DNA of 64,000 bases. Origin: Eukaryota sp. GEM-RC1. Taxonomy: Eukaryota. Made by a program: the position numbers and the translations under genes. Shown here piece by piece: positions 13,356-26,946 of the stretch. Every line of letters starts with the position of its first letter. Position 1 is the first letter of the stretch. The stretch covers positions 558,001-622,000 of the forward strand of contig JAUFOQ010000013.1 of the NCBI GenBank assembly GCA_040285855.1. Direction: 5' to 3'. Under the pieces are notes generated by a model that ran no database searches, was not told where the DNA came from, and worked only from the letters and a program-made list of their open reading frames with translations.

Positions 13356-14204
13356 TTAAAAAGACATTTTATTTTTGTGTAGTGATTTTAATGACTGTTG
13401 TGTTTGACTGTTGATTGAGTTGTTATCTAGATAAATCTTAGAAACTGAAGAATTCACCTTCAAAGCTTCAGCAATTGCAATAGCTCCTTCAAGACCAATT
13501 GAGTTGGTCCATAGATTGATCGTAGAAACTGAAGAATTCACCTTCAAAGCTTCAGCAATCGCAATAGCTCCTTCATTACCAATTGAGTTGTTATCTAGAT
13601 GGATCGTAGAAACTGAAGAATTCACCTTCAAAGCTTCAGCAATCGCAATAGCTCCTTCAGGACCAATTGAGTTGAAACCTAGACCAATCGTAGAAACTGC
13701 AGAATTCACCTTCAAAGCTTCAGCAATTGCAATAGCTCCTTCAGGACCAATTGAGTTGTAATCTAGATTGATCGTAGAAACTGAAGAATTCACCTTCAAA
13801 GCTTCAGCAATTGCAATAGCTCTTTCACTACCAATTGAATTGTGCCTTAGATAAATCGTAGAAACTGCAGAATTCACCTTCAAAGATTCAGCAATTGCAA
13901 TAGCTCCTTCAGGACCAATTGAGTTGTGCCTTAGATCGATGTAAGAAACTGAAGAATTCACCTTCAAAGCTTCAGCAATCGCAATAGCTCCTTCATTACC
14001 AATTGAGTTGTTATCTAGATGGATCGTAGAAACTGAAGAATTCACCTTCAAAGCTTCAGCAATCGCAATAGCTCCTTCAGGACCAATTGAGTTGAAACCT
14101 AGACCAATCGTAGAAACTGCAGAATTCACCTTCAAAGCTTCAGCAATTGCAATAGCTCCTTCAGGACCAATTGAGTTGTAATCTAGATTGATCGTAGAAA
14201 CCTC
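13356..14204 (-). pseudogene. LRR cassette 10, ATG-less, 10 LRR
   Basis: Open LRR frame. AT insertion at 5' end. Confidence 0.75.
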
Positions 14205-14576
14205 ATATTTCTCACCATTTCATCTCAACAATTTTAATAATGAAACTGTACATTGGGAATTCGATGGTAAATGTATAGTAGAAATTAACAATTCTTCAGA
14301 TACTAATAAAGTTCTGTTGTTGTTGTGAACAATAACAAAAGTACCAGTAAATAACGTGTGTTATTCATTAGGGCAGTATTTAAAATCTGTACTTGAACAT
14401 CTGCTAAACTACTATGATATTTGACTGTCACGGAGTTTTGTTTGGGATAATGTTTGTTCTGAGCAAAATGATTTTTCAAGTGTGTATTATATTCACCGAT
14501 TAATTATGGTACTTTTGATGAGAAATTAAATATGATTAATAACAAATATGATTTTTAATGTACAATGAAAACTTGT

Positions 14577-14838
14577 TTAAAAAAGACATTTTATTTTTGT
14601 GTAGTGATTTTAATGACTGTTGTGTTTGACTGTTGATTGAGTTGTTTCCTAGATAAATCTCAGAAACTGAAGAATTCACCTTCAAAGCTTCAGCAATTGC
14701 AATAGCTCCTTCATTACCAATTGAATTGTGCCTTAGATAAATCGTAGAAACTGCAGAATTCACCTTCAAAGCTTCAGCAATTGCAATAGCTCCTTCAGGA
14801 CCAATTGAGTTGTAATCTAGATTGATCGTAGAAACCTC
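14577..14838 (-). pseudogene. LRR cassette 11, ATG-less, 3 LRR
   Basis: Open LRR frame. AT insertion. Extra A at the stop. Confidence 0.75.
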
Positions 14839-15180
14839 ATATTTCTCACCATTTCATCTCAACAATTTTAATAATGAAACTGTACATTGGGAATTCGATG
14901 GTAAATGTATAGTAGAAATTAACAATTCTTCAGATACTAATAAAGTTCTGTTGTTGTTGTGAACAATAACAAAAGTACCAGTAAATAACGTGTGTTATTC
15001 ATTAGGGCAGTATTTAAAATCTGTACTTGAACATCTGCTAAACTACTATGATATTTGACTGTCACGGAGTTTTGTTTGGGATAATGTTTGTTCTGAGCAA
15101 AATGATTTTTCAAGTGTGTATTATATTCACCGATTAATTATGGTACTTTTGATGAGAGATTAATTATGATTAATGACAAA

Positions 15181-15765
15181 ACTATATGTTTAAGGCTAAT
15201 GGTTTTCATGGAAAAATTGAACCTTTACTTGCTAATCTTTCTGATCAGCCAAAAGTTGATAGAAGTCGTGGTGATTTGATTGGTCCTTGGTTATCTTGTT
15301 AGGAAATTATCGTGGATTTCACGACTGTTGATCCTTGTAATTCAAGATCAATTTCCAAAATTTTTGATGATGATTTTTCTGCTCTTGAAGTGGCTGAAAA
15401 AGGAAAAAATACAAAGTACTGTCACTTAATTAACCAATTGAATGTTGACAGGTACAATTCTTTTGTGTTTCAACCTTTTGCGATGTCGATATATGGTAAT
15501 ATTGGACCAGCTGCACAAGGTTTTTTAACCTCCTTTGGTAAATTGTGTTCTGAGTATGGTAAAGTTTTTAATGAAAATTTTTGGTTGAGTAGGTTAACGT
15601 TTGCGTTGTTTCGTTCAATGCACAGACATTTTAATTCAATTTTAGGTAAGTTGTTCGGTGATGGACAGAAGGATCATAGTTTAGATACTTTAGTTAGTGT
15701 CTGTTAGTTATTAACTTCTGCAAATGCATTTATTTCACTGATTGATCATAAACTCCGTTTTTTTT
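15181..15765 (+). mobile_element. 5'-truncated non-LTR retrotransposon fragment encoding a C-terminal restriction-like endonuclease (RLE)
   Basis: 585-bp insertion in a spacer, flanked by ATGACAAA (15173-15180 and 15766-15773). Frame 15186-15707 reads IEP...RGD...(TAG at 15300)...VDFT...AEKGKNTKY...FQPFAMSIYGNIG, matching the E/RxD/D/K-x-x-KY pattern of CRE/R2/NeSL-type RLE domains. Ends in a T8 run. Confidence 0.8.
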
Positions 15766-15802
15766 ATGACAAATGTGATTTTTATATACAATGAAAACTT
15801 GT

Positions 15803-16987
15803 TTAAAAAGATATTCTATTTTTGTGTAGTGATTTTAACGACTGTTGTGTTTGACTGTTGATTGAGTTGTTATCTAGAAAAATCGTAGAAACTGAAGAAT
15901 TCACCTTCAAAGCTTCAGCAATCGCAATAGCTCCTTCATTACCAATTGAGTTTTCAGCTAGATAAATCTCAGAAACTGCAGAATTCACCTTCAAAGCTTC
16001 AGCAATTGCAATAGCTCCTTCATTACCAATTGAATTGTGCCTTAGATAAATCGTAGAAACTGCAGAATTCACCTTCAAAGCTTCAGCAATTGCAATAGCT
16101 CCTTCGACACCAATTGAGTTGTTATATAGATTGATCGTAGAAACTGAAGAATTCACCTTCAAAGCTTCAGCAATTGCAATAGCGCCTTCAGGACCAATTG
16201 AGTTGTTAAATAGATAAATCGTAGAAACTGAAGAATTCACCTTCAAAGCTTCAGCAATTGCAATAGCTCCTTCAGTACCAATTGAGTTGTTACCTAGATC
16301 GACTGTAGAAACTGAAGAATTCACCTTCAAAGATTCAGCAATTGCAATTGCTCCTTCAGGACCAATTGAGTTGTTATATAGTTTGATCGTAGAAACTGAA
16401 GAATTCACCTTCAAAGCTTCAGCAATTGCAATAGCTCCTTCAGGACCAATTGAGTTGTTTTGTAGATAAATCGCAGAAACTGAAGAATTCAACTTCAAAG
16501 CTTCAGCAATTGCAATAGCTCCTTCATTACCAATTGAGTTGTTTCCTAGATAAATCTCAGAAACTGAAGAATTCACCTTCAAAGCTTCAGCAATTGCAAT
16601 AGCTCCTTCATTACCAATTGAGTTGTTCCATAGATAAATCTCAGAAACTGAAGAATTCACCTTCAAAGCTTCAGCAATTGCAATAGCCCCTTCATTACCA
16701 ATTGAGTTGTTATCTAGATAAATCGCAGAAACTGAAGAATTCACCTTCAAAGCTTCAGCAATTGCAATAGCTCCTTCATTACCAATTGAGTTGCCACCTA
16801 GATAAATCTCAGAAACTGAACAATTCACCTTCAAAGCTTCAGCAATTGCAATAGCTCCTTCACTACCAATTGAATTGTGCCTTAGATAAATCGTAGAAAC
16901 TGCAGAATTCACCTTCAAAGCTTCAGCAATTGCAATAGCTCCTTCAGGACCAATTGAGTTGTAATCTAGATTGATCGTAGAAACCTC
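15803..16987 (-). pseudogene. LRR cassette 12, ATG-less, 14 LRR
   Basis: Open 371-codon LRR frame from TTG. AT insertion at 5' end. Confidence 0.75.
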
Positions 16988-17360
16988 ATATTTCTGACCA
17001 TTTCATCTCAACAATTTTAATAATGAAACTGTACATTGGGAATTCGATGGTAAATGTATAGTAGAAATTAACAATTCTTCAGATACTAATAAAGTTCTGT
17101 TGTTGTTGTGAACAATAACAAAAGTACCAGTAAATAACGTGTGTTATTCATTAGGGCAGTATTTAAAATCTGTACTTGAACATCTGCTAAACTACTATGA
17201 TATTTGACTCTGTCACGGAGTTTTGTTTGGGATAATGTTTGTTCTGAGCAAAATGATTTTTCAAGTGTGTATTATATTCACCGATTAATTATGGGACTTT
17301 TGATGAGAAATTAAATATGATTAATAACAAATATGATTTTAATGTACAATGAAAACTTGT

Positions 17361-18042
17361 TTAAAAAAGACATTCTATTTTTGTTTAGTAATTTTAATGA
17401 CTGTTGTGTTTGACTGTTGATTGAGTTGTTATCTAGAAAAATCGTAGAAGCTGAAGAATTCACCTTCAAAGCTTCAGCAATCGCAATAGCTCCTTCATTA
17501 CCAATTGAGTTTTCAGCTAGATAAATCTCAGAAACTGAAGAATTCACCTTCAAAGCTTCAGCAATTGCAATAGCTCCTTCACTACCAATTGAATTGTGCC
17601 TTAGATAAATCGTAGAAACTGCAGAATTCACCTTCAAAGCTTCAGCAATTGCAATAGCTCCTTCAGGACCAATTGAGTTGTTTTGTAGATAAATCGCAGA
17701 AACTGAAGAATTCACCTTCAAAGATTCAGCAATTGCAATTGCTCCTTCAGGACCAATTGAGTTGTTATATAGATTGATCGTAGAAACTGAAGAATTCACC
17801 TTCAAAGCTTCAGCAATTGCAATAGCTCCTTCAGGACCAATTGAGTTGTTTTGTAGATAAATCGCAGAAACTGAAGAATTCACCTTCAAAGCTTCAGCAA
17901 TTGCAATAGCTCCTTCACTACCAATTGAATTGTACCTTAGATAAATCGTAGAAACTGCAGAATTCACCTTCAAAGCTTCAGCAATTGCAATAGCTCCTTC
18001 AGGACCAATTGAGTTGTAATCTAGATTGATCGTAGAAACCTC
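17361..18042 (-). pseudogene. LRR cassette 13, ATG-less, 8 LRR
   Basis: Open LRR frame. AT insertion. Extra A at the stop. Confidence 0.75.
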
Positions 18043-18415
18043 ATATTTCTCACCATTTCATCTCAACAATTTTAATAATGAAACTATACATTGGGAATTC
18101 GATGGTAAATGTATAGTAGAAATTAACAATTCTTCAGATACTAATAAAGTTCTGTTGTTGTTGTGAACAATAACAAAAGTACCAGTAAATAACGTGTGTT
18201 ATTCATTAGGGCAGTATTTAAAATCTGTACTTGAACATCTGCTAAACTACTATGATATTTGACTCTGTCACGGAGTTTTGTTTGGGATAATGTTTGTTCT
18301 GAGCAAAATGATTTTTCAAGTGTGTATTATATTCACCGATTAATTATGGGACTTTTGATGAGAAATTAAATATGATTAATAACAAATATGATTTTAATGT
18401 ACAATGAAAACTTGT

Positions 18416-19108
18416 TTAAAAAGACATTCTATTTTTGTTTAGTAATTTTAATGACTGTTGTGTTTGACTGTTGATTGAGTTGTTATCTAGAAAAATCGTA
18501 GAAACTGAAGAATTCACCTTCAAAGCTTCAGCAATCGCAATAGCTCCTTCATTACCAATTGAGTTTTCAGCTAGATAAATCTCAGAAACTGAAGAATTCA
18601 CCTTCAAAGCTTCAGCAATCGCAATAGCTCCTTCATTACCAATTGAGTTGTTTCCTAGATAAATCTCAGAAACTGAAGAATTCACCTTCAAAGCTTCAGC
18701 AATTGCAATAGCTCCTTCAGGACCAATTGAGTTGTTATATAGATTGATCGTAGAAACTGAAGAATTCACCTTCAAAGCTTCAGCAATTGCAATAGCTCCT
18801 TCAGGACCAATTGAGTTGTTTTGTAGATAAATCGCAGAAACTGAAGAATTCAACTTCAAAGCTTCAGCAATTGCAATAGCTCCTTCAGGACCAATTGAGT
18901 TGTAATCTAGATTGATCGTAGAAACTGAAGAATTCACCTTCAGAGCTTCAGCAATTGCAATAGCTCCTTCAGGACCAATTGAGTTGTAACCTAGATAAAT
19001 CGTAGAAACTGAAGAATTCACCTTCAAAGCTTCAGCAATTGCAATAGCTCCTTCAGGACCAATTGAGTTGTTATTTAGATTGATCGTAGAAACCTCATTT
19101 CTCACCAT
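18416..19108 (-). CDS. LRR cassette 14, short type, 8 LRR
   Basis: ORF MVRNEV...KNRMSF. Confidence 0.7.
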   Translation of the reverse strand: MVRNEVSTINLNNNSIGPEGAIAIAEALKVNSSVSTIYLGYNSIGPEGAIAIAEALKVNSSVSTINLDYNSIGPEGAIAIAEALKLNSSVSAIYLQNNSIGPEGAIAIAEALKVNSSVSTINLYNNSIGPEGAIAIAEALKVNSSVSEIYLGNNSIGNEGAIAIAEALKVNSSVSEIYLAENSIGNEGAIAIAEALKVNSSVSTIFLDNNSINSQTQQSLKLLNKNRMSF

Positions 19109-19467
19109 TTCATCTCAACAATTTTAATAATGAAACTGTACATTGGGAATTCGATGGTAAATGTATAGTAGAAATTAACAATTCTTCAGATACTAATAAA
19201 GTTCTGTTGTTGTTGTGAACAATAACAAAAGTACCAGTAAATAACGTGTGTTATTCATTAGGGCAGTATTTAAAATCTGTACTTGAACATCTGCTAAACT
19301 ACTATGATATTTGACTCTGTCACGGAGTTTTGTTTGGGATAATGTTTGTTCTGAGCAAAATGATTTTTCAAGTGTGTATTATATTCACCGATTAATTATG
19401 GGACTTTTGATGAGAAATTAAATATGATTAATAACAAATATGATTTTAATGTACAATGAAAACTTGT

Positions 19468-19980
19468 TTAAAAAGACATTCTATTTTTGTTTAGTAATTT
19501 TAATGACTGTTGTGTTTGACTGTTGATTGAGTTGTTATCTAGAAAAATCGTAGAAACTGAAGAATTCACCTTCAAAGCTTCAGCAATCGCAATAGCTCCT
19601 TCATTACCAATTGAGTTTTCAGCTAGATAAATCTCAGAAACTGAAGAATTCACCTTCAAAGCTTCAGCAATCGCAATAGCTCCTTCATTACCAATTGAGT
19701 TGTTTCCTAGATAAATCTCAGAAACTGAAGAATTCACCTTCAAAGCTTCAGCAATTGCAATAGCTCCTTCATTACCAATTGAGTTGTTCCATAGATAAAT
19801 CTCAGAAACTGAAGAATTCACCTTCAAAGCTTCAGCAATTGCAATAGCTCCTTCACTACCAATTGAATTGTGCCTTAGATAAATCGTAGAAACTGCAGAA
19901 TTCACCTTCAAAGCTTCAGCAATTGCAATAGCTCCTTCAGGACCAATTGAGTTGTAATCCAGATTGATCGTAGAAACCTC
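19468..19980 (-). pseudogene. LRR cassette 15, ATG-less, 6 LRR
   Basis: Open LRR frame. AT insertion. Confidence 0.75.
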
Positions 19981-20353
19981 ATATTTCTCACCATTTCATC
20001 TCAACAATTTTAATAATGAAACTGTACATTGGGAATTCGATGGTAAATGTATAGTAGAAATTAACAATTCTTCAGATACTAATAAAGTTCTGTTGTTGTT
20101 GTGAACAATAACAAAAGTACCAGTAAATAACGTGTGTTATTCATTAGGGCAGTATTTAAAATCTGTACTTGAACATCTGCTAAACTACTATGATATTTGA
20201 CTCTGTCACGGAGTTTTGTTTGGGATAATGTTTGTTCTGAGCAAAATGATTTTTCAAGTGTGTATTATATTCACCGATTAATTATGGGACTTTTGATGAG
20301 AAATTAAATATGATTAATAACAAATATGATTTTAATGTACAATGGAAACTTGT

Positions 20354-21034
20354 TTAAAAAGACATTCTATTTTTGTTTAGTAATTTTAATGACTGTTGTG
20401 TTTGACTGTTGATTGAGTTGTTTCCTAGATAAATCTCAGAAACTGAAGAATTCACCTTCAAAGCTTCAGCAATTGCAATAGCTCCTTCATTACCAATTGA
20501 GTTGTTTCCTAGATAAATCTCAGAAACTGAAGAATTCACCTTCAAAGCTTCAGCAATCGCAATAGCTCCTTCATTACCAATTGAGTTGTTTCCTAGATAA
20601 ATCTCAGAAACTGAAGAATTCACCTTCAAAGCTTCAGCAATTGCAATAGCTCCTTCATTACCAATTGAGTTGTTCCATAGATAAATCTCAGAAACTGAAG
20701 AATTCACCTTCAAAGATTCAGCAATTGCAATTGCTCCTTCAGGACCAATTGAGTTGTTATATAGATTGATCGTAGAAACTGAAGAATTCACCTTCAAAGC
20801 TTCAGCAATTGCAATAGCTCCTTCAGAACCAATTGAGTTGTTTTGTAGATAAATCGCAGAAACTGAAGAATTCACCTTCAAAGCTTCAGCAATTGCAATA
20901 GCTCCTTCACTACCAATTGAATTGTGCCTTAGATAAATCGTAGAAACTGCAGAATTCACCTTCAAAGCTTCAGCAATTGCAATAGCTCCTTCAGGACCAA
21001 TTGAGTTGTAATCTAGATTGATCGTAGAAACCTC
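20354..21034 (-). pseudogene. LRR cassette 16, ATG-less, 8 LRR
   Basis: Open LRR frame. AT insertion. Confidence 0.75.
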
Positions 21035-21407
21035 ATATTTCTCACCATTTCATCTCAACAATTTTAATAATGAAACTGTACATTGGGAATTCGATGGTAA
21101 ATGTATAGTAGAAATTAACAATTCTTCAGATACTAATAAAGTTCTGTTGTTGTTGTGAACAATAACAAAAGTACCAGTAAATAACGTGTGTTATTCATTA
21201 GGGCAGTATTTAAAATCTGTACTTGAACATCTGCTAAACTACTATGATATTTGACTCTGTCACGGAGTTTTGTTTGGGATAATGTTTGTTCTGAGCAAAA
21301 TGATTTTTCAAGTGTGTATTATATTCACCGATTAATTATGGGACTTTTGATGAGAAATTAAATATGATTAATAACAAATATGATTTTAATGTACAATGAA
21401 AACTTGT

Positions 21408-22172
21408 TTAAAAAGACATTCTGTTTTTGTTTAGTAATTTTAATGACTGTTGTGTTTGACTGTTGATTGAGTTGTTATCTAGAAAAATCGTAGAAACTGA
21501 AGAATTCACCTTCAAAGCTTCAGCAATCGCAATAGCTCCTTCATTACCAATTGAGTTTTCAGCTAGATAAATCTCAGAAACTGAAGAATTCACCTTCAAA
21601 GCTTCAGCAATCGCAATAGCTCCTTCATTACCAATTGAGTTGTTTCCTAGATAAATCTCAGAAACTGAAGAATTCACCTTCAAAGCTTCAGCAATTGCAA
21701 TAGCTCCTTCATTACCAATTGAGTTGTTCCATAGATAAATCTCAGAAACTGAAGAATTCACCTTCAAAGCTTCAGCAATTGCAATTGCTCCTTCAGGACC
21801 AATTGAGTTGTTATATAGATTGATCGTAGAAACTGAAGAATTCACCTTCAAAGCTTCAGCAATTGCAATAGCTCCTTCAGGACCAATTGAGTTGTTATAT
21901 AGATTGATCGTAGAAACTGAAGAATTCACCTTCAAAGCTTCAGCAATTGCAATAGCTCCTTCAGGACCAATTGAGTTGTTTTGTAGATAAATCGCAGAAA
22001 CTGAAGAATTCACCTTCAAAGCTTCAGCAATTGCAATAGCTCCTTCACTACCAATTGAATTGTGCCTTAGATAAATCGTAGAAACTGCAGAATTCACCTT
22101 CAAAGCTTCAGCAATTGCAATAGCTCCTTCAGGACCAATTGAGTTGTAATCTAGATTGATCGTAGAAACCTC
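21408..22172 (-). pseudogene. LRR cassette 17, ATG-less, 9 LRR
   Basis: Open LRR frame. AT insertion. Confidence 0.75.
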
Positions 22173-22545
22173 ATATTTCTCACCATTTCATCTCAACAAT
22201 TTTAATAATGAAACTGTACATTGGGAATTCGATGGTAAATGTATAGCAGAAATTAACAAGTCTTCAGATACTAATAAAGTTCTGTTGTTGTTGTGAACAA
22301 TAACAAAAGTACCAGTAAATAACGTGTGTTATTCATTAGGGCAGTATTTAAAATCTGTACTTGAACATCTGCTAAACTACTATGATATTTGACTCTGTCA
22401 CGGAGTTTTGTTTGGGATAATGTTTGTTCTGAGCAAAATGATTTTTCAAGTGTGTATTATATTCACCGATTAACTATGGGACTTTTGATGAGAAATTAAA
22501 TATGATTAATAACAAATATGATTTTAATGTACAATGAAAACTTGT

Positions 22546-23394
22546 TTAAAAAGACATTCTATTTTTGTTTAGTAATTTTAATGACTGTTGTGTTTGACTG
22601 TTGATTGAGTTGTTTCCTAGATAAATCTCAGAAACTGAAGAATTCACCTTCAAAGCTTCAGCAATTGCAATAGCTCCTTCATTACCAATTGAGTTTTCAG
22701 CTAGATAAATCTCAGAAACTGAAGAATTCACCTTCAAAGCTTCAGCAATCGCAATAGCTCCTTCATTACCAATTGAGTTGTTCCATAGATAAATCTCAGA
22801 AACTGAAGAATTCACCTTCAAAGATTCAGCAATTGCAATTGCTCCTTCAGGACCAATTGAGTTGTTATATAGATTGATCGTAGAAACTGAAGAATTCACC
22901 TTCAAAGCTTCAGCAATTGCAATAGCTCCTTCAGGACCAATTGAGTTGTTTTGTAGATTGATCGTAGAAACTGAAGAATTCACCTTCAAAGCTTCAGCAA
23001 TTGCAATAGCTCCTTCATTACCAATTGAGTTGTTCCATAGATAAATCTCAGAAACTGAAGAATTCACCTTCAAAGCTTCAGCAATTGCAATAGCTCCTTC
23101 AGGACCAATTGAGTTGTTATATAGATTGATCGTAGAAACTGAAGAATTCACCTTCAAAGCTTCAGCAATTGCAATAGCTCCTTCATTACCAATTGAGTTG
23201 TTCCATAGATAAATCTCAGAAACTGAAGAATTCACCTTCAAAGCTTCAGCAATTGCAATAGCTCCTTCAGGACCAATTGAGTTGTTATATAGATTGATCG
23301 TAGAAACTGCAGAATTCACCTTCAAAGCTTCAGCAATTGCAATAGCTCCTTCAGGACCAATTGAGTTGTAATCTAGATTGATCGTAGAAACCTC
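22546..23394 (-). pseudogene. LRR cassette 18, ATG-less, 10 LRR
   Basis: Open LRR frame. AT insertion. Confidence 0.75.
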
Positions 23395-23767
23395 ATATTT
23401 CTCACCATTTCATCTCAACAATTTTAATAATGAAACTGTACATTGGGAATTCGATGGTAAATGTATAGTAGAAATTAACAATTCTTCAGATACTAATAAA
23501 GTTCTGTTGTTGTTGTGAACAATAACAAAAGTACCAGTAAATAACGTGTGTTATTCATTAGGGCAGTATTTAAAATCTGTACTTGAACATCTGCTAAACT
23601 ACTATGATATTTGACTCTGTCACGGAGTTTTGTTTGGGATAATGTTTGTTCTGAGCAAAATGATTTTTCAAGTGTGTATTATATTCACCGATTAATTATG
23701 GGACTTTTGATGAGAAATTAAATATGATTAATAACAAATATGATTTTAATGTACAATGAAAACTTGT

Positions 23768-24112
23768 TTAAAAAGACATTCTATTTTTGTTTAGTAATTT
23801 TAATGACTGTTGTGTTTGACTGTTGATTGAGTTGTTTCCTAGATAAATCGTAGAAACTGAAGAATTCACCTTCAAAGCTTCAGCAATTGCAATAGCTCCT
23901 TCATTACCAATTGAGTTGTTTCCTAGATAAATCGTAGAAACTGAAGAATTCACCTTCAAAGCTTCAGCAATTGCAATTGCTCCTTCATTACCAATTGAGT
24001 TGTTCCATAGATAAATCGTAGAAACTGCAGAATTCACCTTCAAAGCTTCAGCAATTGCAATAGCTCCTTCAGGACCAATTGAGTTGTAATCTAGATTGAT
24101 CGTAGAAACCTC
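23768..24112 (-). pseudogene. LRR cassette 19, ATG-less, 4 LRR
   Basis: Open LRR frame. AT insertion. Confidence 0.75.
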
Positions 24113-24485
24113 ATATTTCTCACCATTTCATCTCAACAATTTTAATAATGAAACTGTACATTGGGAATTCGATGGTAAATGTATAGTAGAAATTAACAAT
24201 TCTTCAGATACTAATAAAGTTCTGTTGTTGTTGTGAACAATAACAAAAGTACCAGTAAATAACGTGTGTTATTCATTAGGGCAGTATTTAAAATCTGTAC
24301 TTGAACATCTGCTAAACTACTATGATATTTGACTCTGTCACGGAGTTTTGTTTGGGATAATGTTTGTTCTGAGCAAAATGATTTTTCAAGTGTGTATTAT
24401 ATTCACCCATTAGTTATGGGACTTTTGATGAGAAATTAAATATGATTAATAACAAATATGATTTTAATGTACAATGGAAACTTGT

Positions 24486-25166
24486 TTAAAAAGACATTCT
24501 ATTTTTGTTTAGTAATTTTAATGACTGTTGTGTTTGACTGTTGATTGAGTTGTTTCCTAGATAAATCTCAGAAACTGAAGAATTCACCTTCAAAGCTTCA
24601 GCAATTGCAATAGCTCCTTCATTACCAATTGAGTTGTTTCCTAGATAAATCGTAGAAACTGAAGAATTCACCTTCAAAGCTTCAGCAATTGCAATAGCTC
24701 CTTCATTACCAATTGAGTTGTTTCCTAGATAAATCGTAGAAACTGAAGAATTCACCTTCAAAGCTTCAGCAATTGCAATAGCTCCTTCATTACCAATTGA
24801 GTTGTTATATAGATTGATCGTAGAAACTGAAGAATTCACCTTCAAAGCTTCAGCAATTGCAATAGCTCCTTCAGGACCAATTGAGTTGTTATATAGATTG
24901 ATCGTAGAAACTGAAGAATTCACCTTCAAAGCTTCAGCAATTGCAATAGCTCCTTCAGGACCAATTGAGTTGTTTTGTAGATAAATCGCAGAAACTGAAG
25001 AATTCACCTTCAAAGCTTCAGCAATTGCAATAGCTCCTTCACTACCAATTGAATTGTGCCTTAGATAAATCGTAGAAACTGCAGAATTCACCTTCAAAGC
25101 TTCAGCAATTGCAATAGCTCCTTCAGGACCAATTGAGTTGTAATCTAGATTGATCGTAGAAACCTC
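24486..25166 (-). pseudogene. LRR cassette 20, ATG-less, 8 LRR (same translation as cassette 24)
   Basis: Open LRR frame. AT insertion. Confidence 0.75.
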
Positions 25167-25539
25167 ATATTTCTCACCATTTCATCTCAACAATTTTAAT
25201 AATGAAACTGTACATTGGGAATTCGATGGTAAATGTATAGTAGAAATTAACAATTCTTCAGATACTAATAAAGTTCTGTTGTTGTTGTGAACAATAACAA
25301 AAGTACCAGTAAATAACGTGTGTTATTCATTAGGGCAGTATTTAAAATCTGTACTTGAACATCTGCTAAACTACTATGATATTTGACTCTGTCACGGAGT
25401 TTTGTTTGGGATAATGTTTGTTCTGAGCAAAATGATTTTTCAAGTGTGTATTATATTCACCGATTAATTATGGGACTTTTGATGAGAAATTAAATATGAT
25501 TAATAACAAATATGATTTTAATGTACAATGAAAACTTGT

Positions 25540-26148
25540 TTAAAAAGACATTCTATTTTTGTTTAGTAATTTTAATGACTGTTGTGTTTGACTGTTGATT
25601 GAGTTGTTTCCTAGATAAATCGTAGAAACTGAAGAATTCACCTTCAAAGCTTCAGCAATTGCAATAGCTCCTTCATTACCAATTGAGTTTTCAGCTAGAT
25701 AAATCTCAGAAACTGAAGAATTCACCTTCAAAGCTTCAGCAATCGCAATAGCTCCTTCATTACCAATTGAGTTGTTTCCTAGATAAATCTCAGAAACTGA
25801 AGAATTCACCTTCAAAGCTTCAGCAATTGCAATAGCTCCTTCATTACCAATTGAGTTGTTCCATAGATAAATCTCAGAAACTGAAGAATTCACCTTCAAA
25901 GATTCAGCAATTGCAATTGCTCCTTCAGGACCAATTGAGTTGTTATATAGATTGATCGTAGAAACTGAAGAATTCACCTTCAAAGCTTCAGCAATTGCAA
26001 TAGCTCCTTCAGTACCAATTGAGTTGTTACCTAGATCGACTGTAGAAACTGAAGAATTCACCTTCAAAGATTCAGCAATTGCAATTGCTCCTTCAGGACC
26101 AATTGAGTTGTTATATAGATTGATCGTAGAAACCTCATTTCTCACCAT
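25540..26148 (-). CDS. LRR cassette 21, short type, 7 LRR (chimeric)
   Basis: ORF MVRNEV... 3' part matches cassette 25 and 5' part matches cassette 39. Confidence 0.7.
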   Translation of the reverse strand: MVRNEVSTINLYNNSIGPEGAIAIAESLKVNSSVSTVDLGNNSIGTEGAIAIAEALKVNSSVSTINLYNNSIGPEGAIAIAESLKVNSSVSEIYLWNNSIGNEGAIAIAEALKVNSSVSEIYLGNNSIGNEGAIAIAEALKVNSSVSEIYLAENSIGNEGAIAIAEALKVNSSVSTIYLGNNSINSQTQQSLKLLNKNRMSF

Positions 26149-26505
26149 TTCATCCTCAACAATTGTAATAATGAAACTGTATGTTGGTAATTCGATGGTA
26201 AATGTATACTATAAATTAACAATATTTCAGATACTAATAAATCTCTGTTGTTGTTGAGAACAATAGCAAGAGCACCAGTAAATAACGTGTGTTATTCACG
26301 AGGGTACTTAAAATGTGTACCTGAACATCTGCTAAACTACTATGATATTTGACTCTGTAGCGGAGTTTTGTTTGGGATAATGTTTGTTCTGAGCAAAATG
26401 ATTTTTCAAGTGTGCATTACATTCATCGTTTAATTATGGTGCTTTTGATGAGAAATTAATTATGATTAATGACAAATGTGATTTTTATAAACAATGAAAA
26501 CTTGT

Positions 26506-26946
26506 TTAAAAAGACATTCTATTTTTGTGTAGTGATTTTAACGACTGTTGTGTTTGACTGTTGATTGAGTTGTTATCTAGATAAATCGTAGTAACTGAAG
26601 AATTCACCTTCAACGCTTCAGCAATTGCAATAGCTCCTTCATTACCAATTAAGTTGTTATATAGATTGATCGTAGAAACTGAAGAATTCACCTTCAAAGC
26701 TTCAGCAATTGCAATAGCTCCTTCATTACCAATTAAGTTGTTATATAGATTGATCGTAGAAACTGAAGAATTCACCTTCAAAGATTCAGCAATTGCAATA
26801 GCTCCTTCAGGACCAATTGAGTTGTTACCTAGATCGACTGTAGAAACTGAAGAATTCACCTTCAAAGATTCAGCAATTGCAATTGCTCCTTCAGGACCAA
26901 TTGAGTTGTTATATAGATTGATCGTAGAAACCTCATTTCTCACCAT
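26506..26946 (-). CDS. LRR cassette 22, short type, 5 LRR (same translation as cassette 40)
   Basis: ORF MVRNEV...KNRMSF. Confidence 0.7.
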   Translation of the reverse strand: MVRNEVSTINLYNNSIGPEGAIAIAESLKVNSSVSTVDLGNNSIGPEGAIAIAESLKVNSSVSTINLYNNLIGNEGAIAIAEALKVNSSVSTINLYNNLIGNEGAIAIAEALKVNSSVTTIYLDNNSINSQTQQSLKSLHKNRMSF

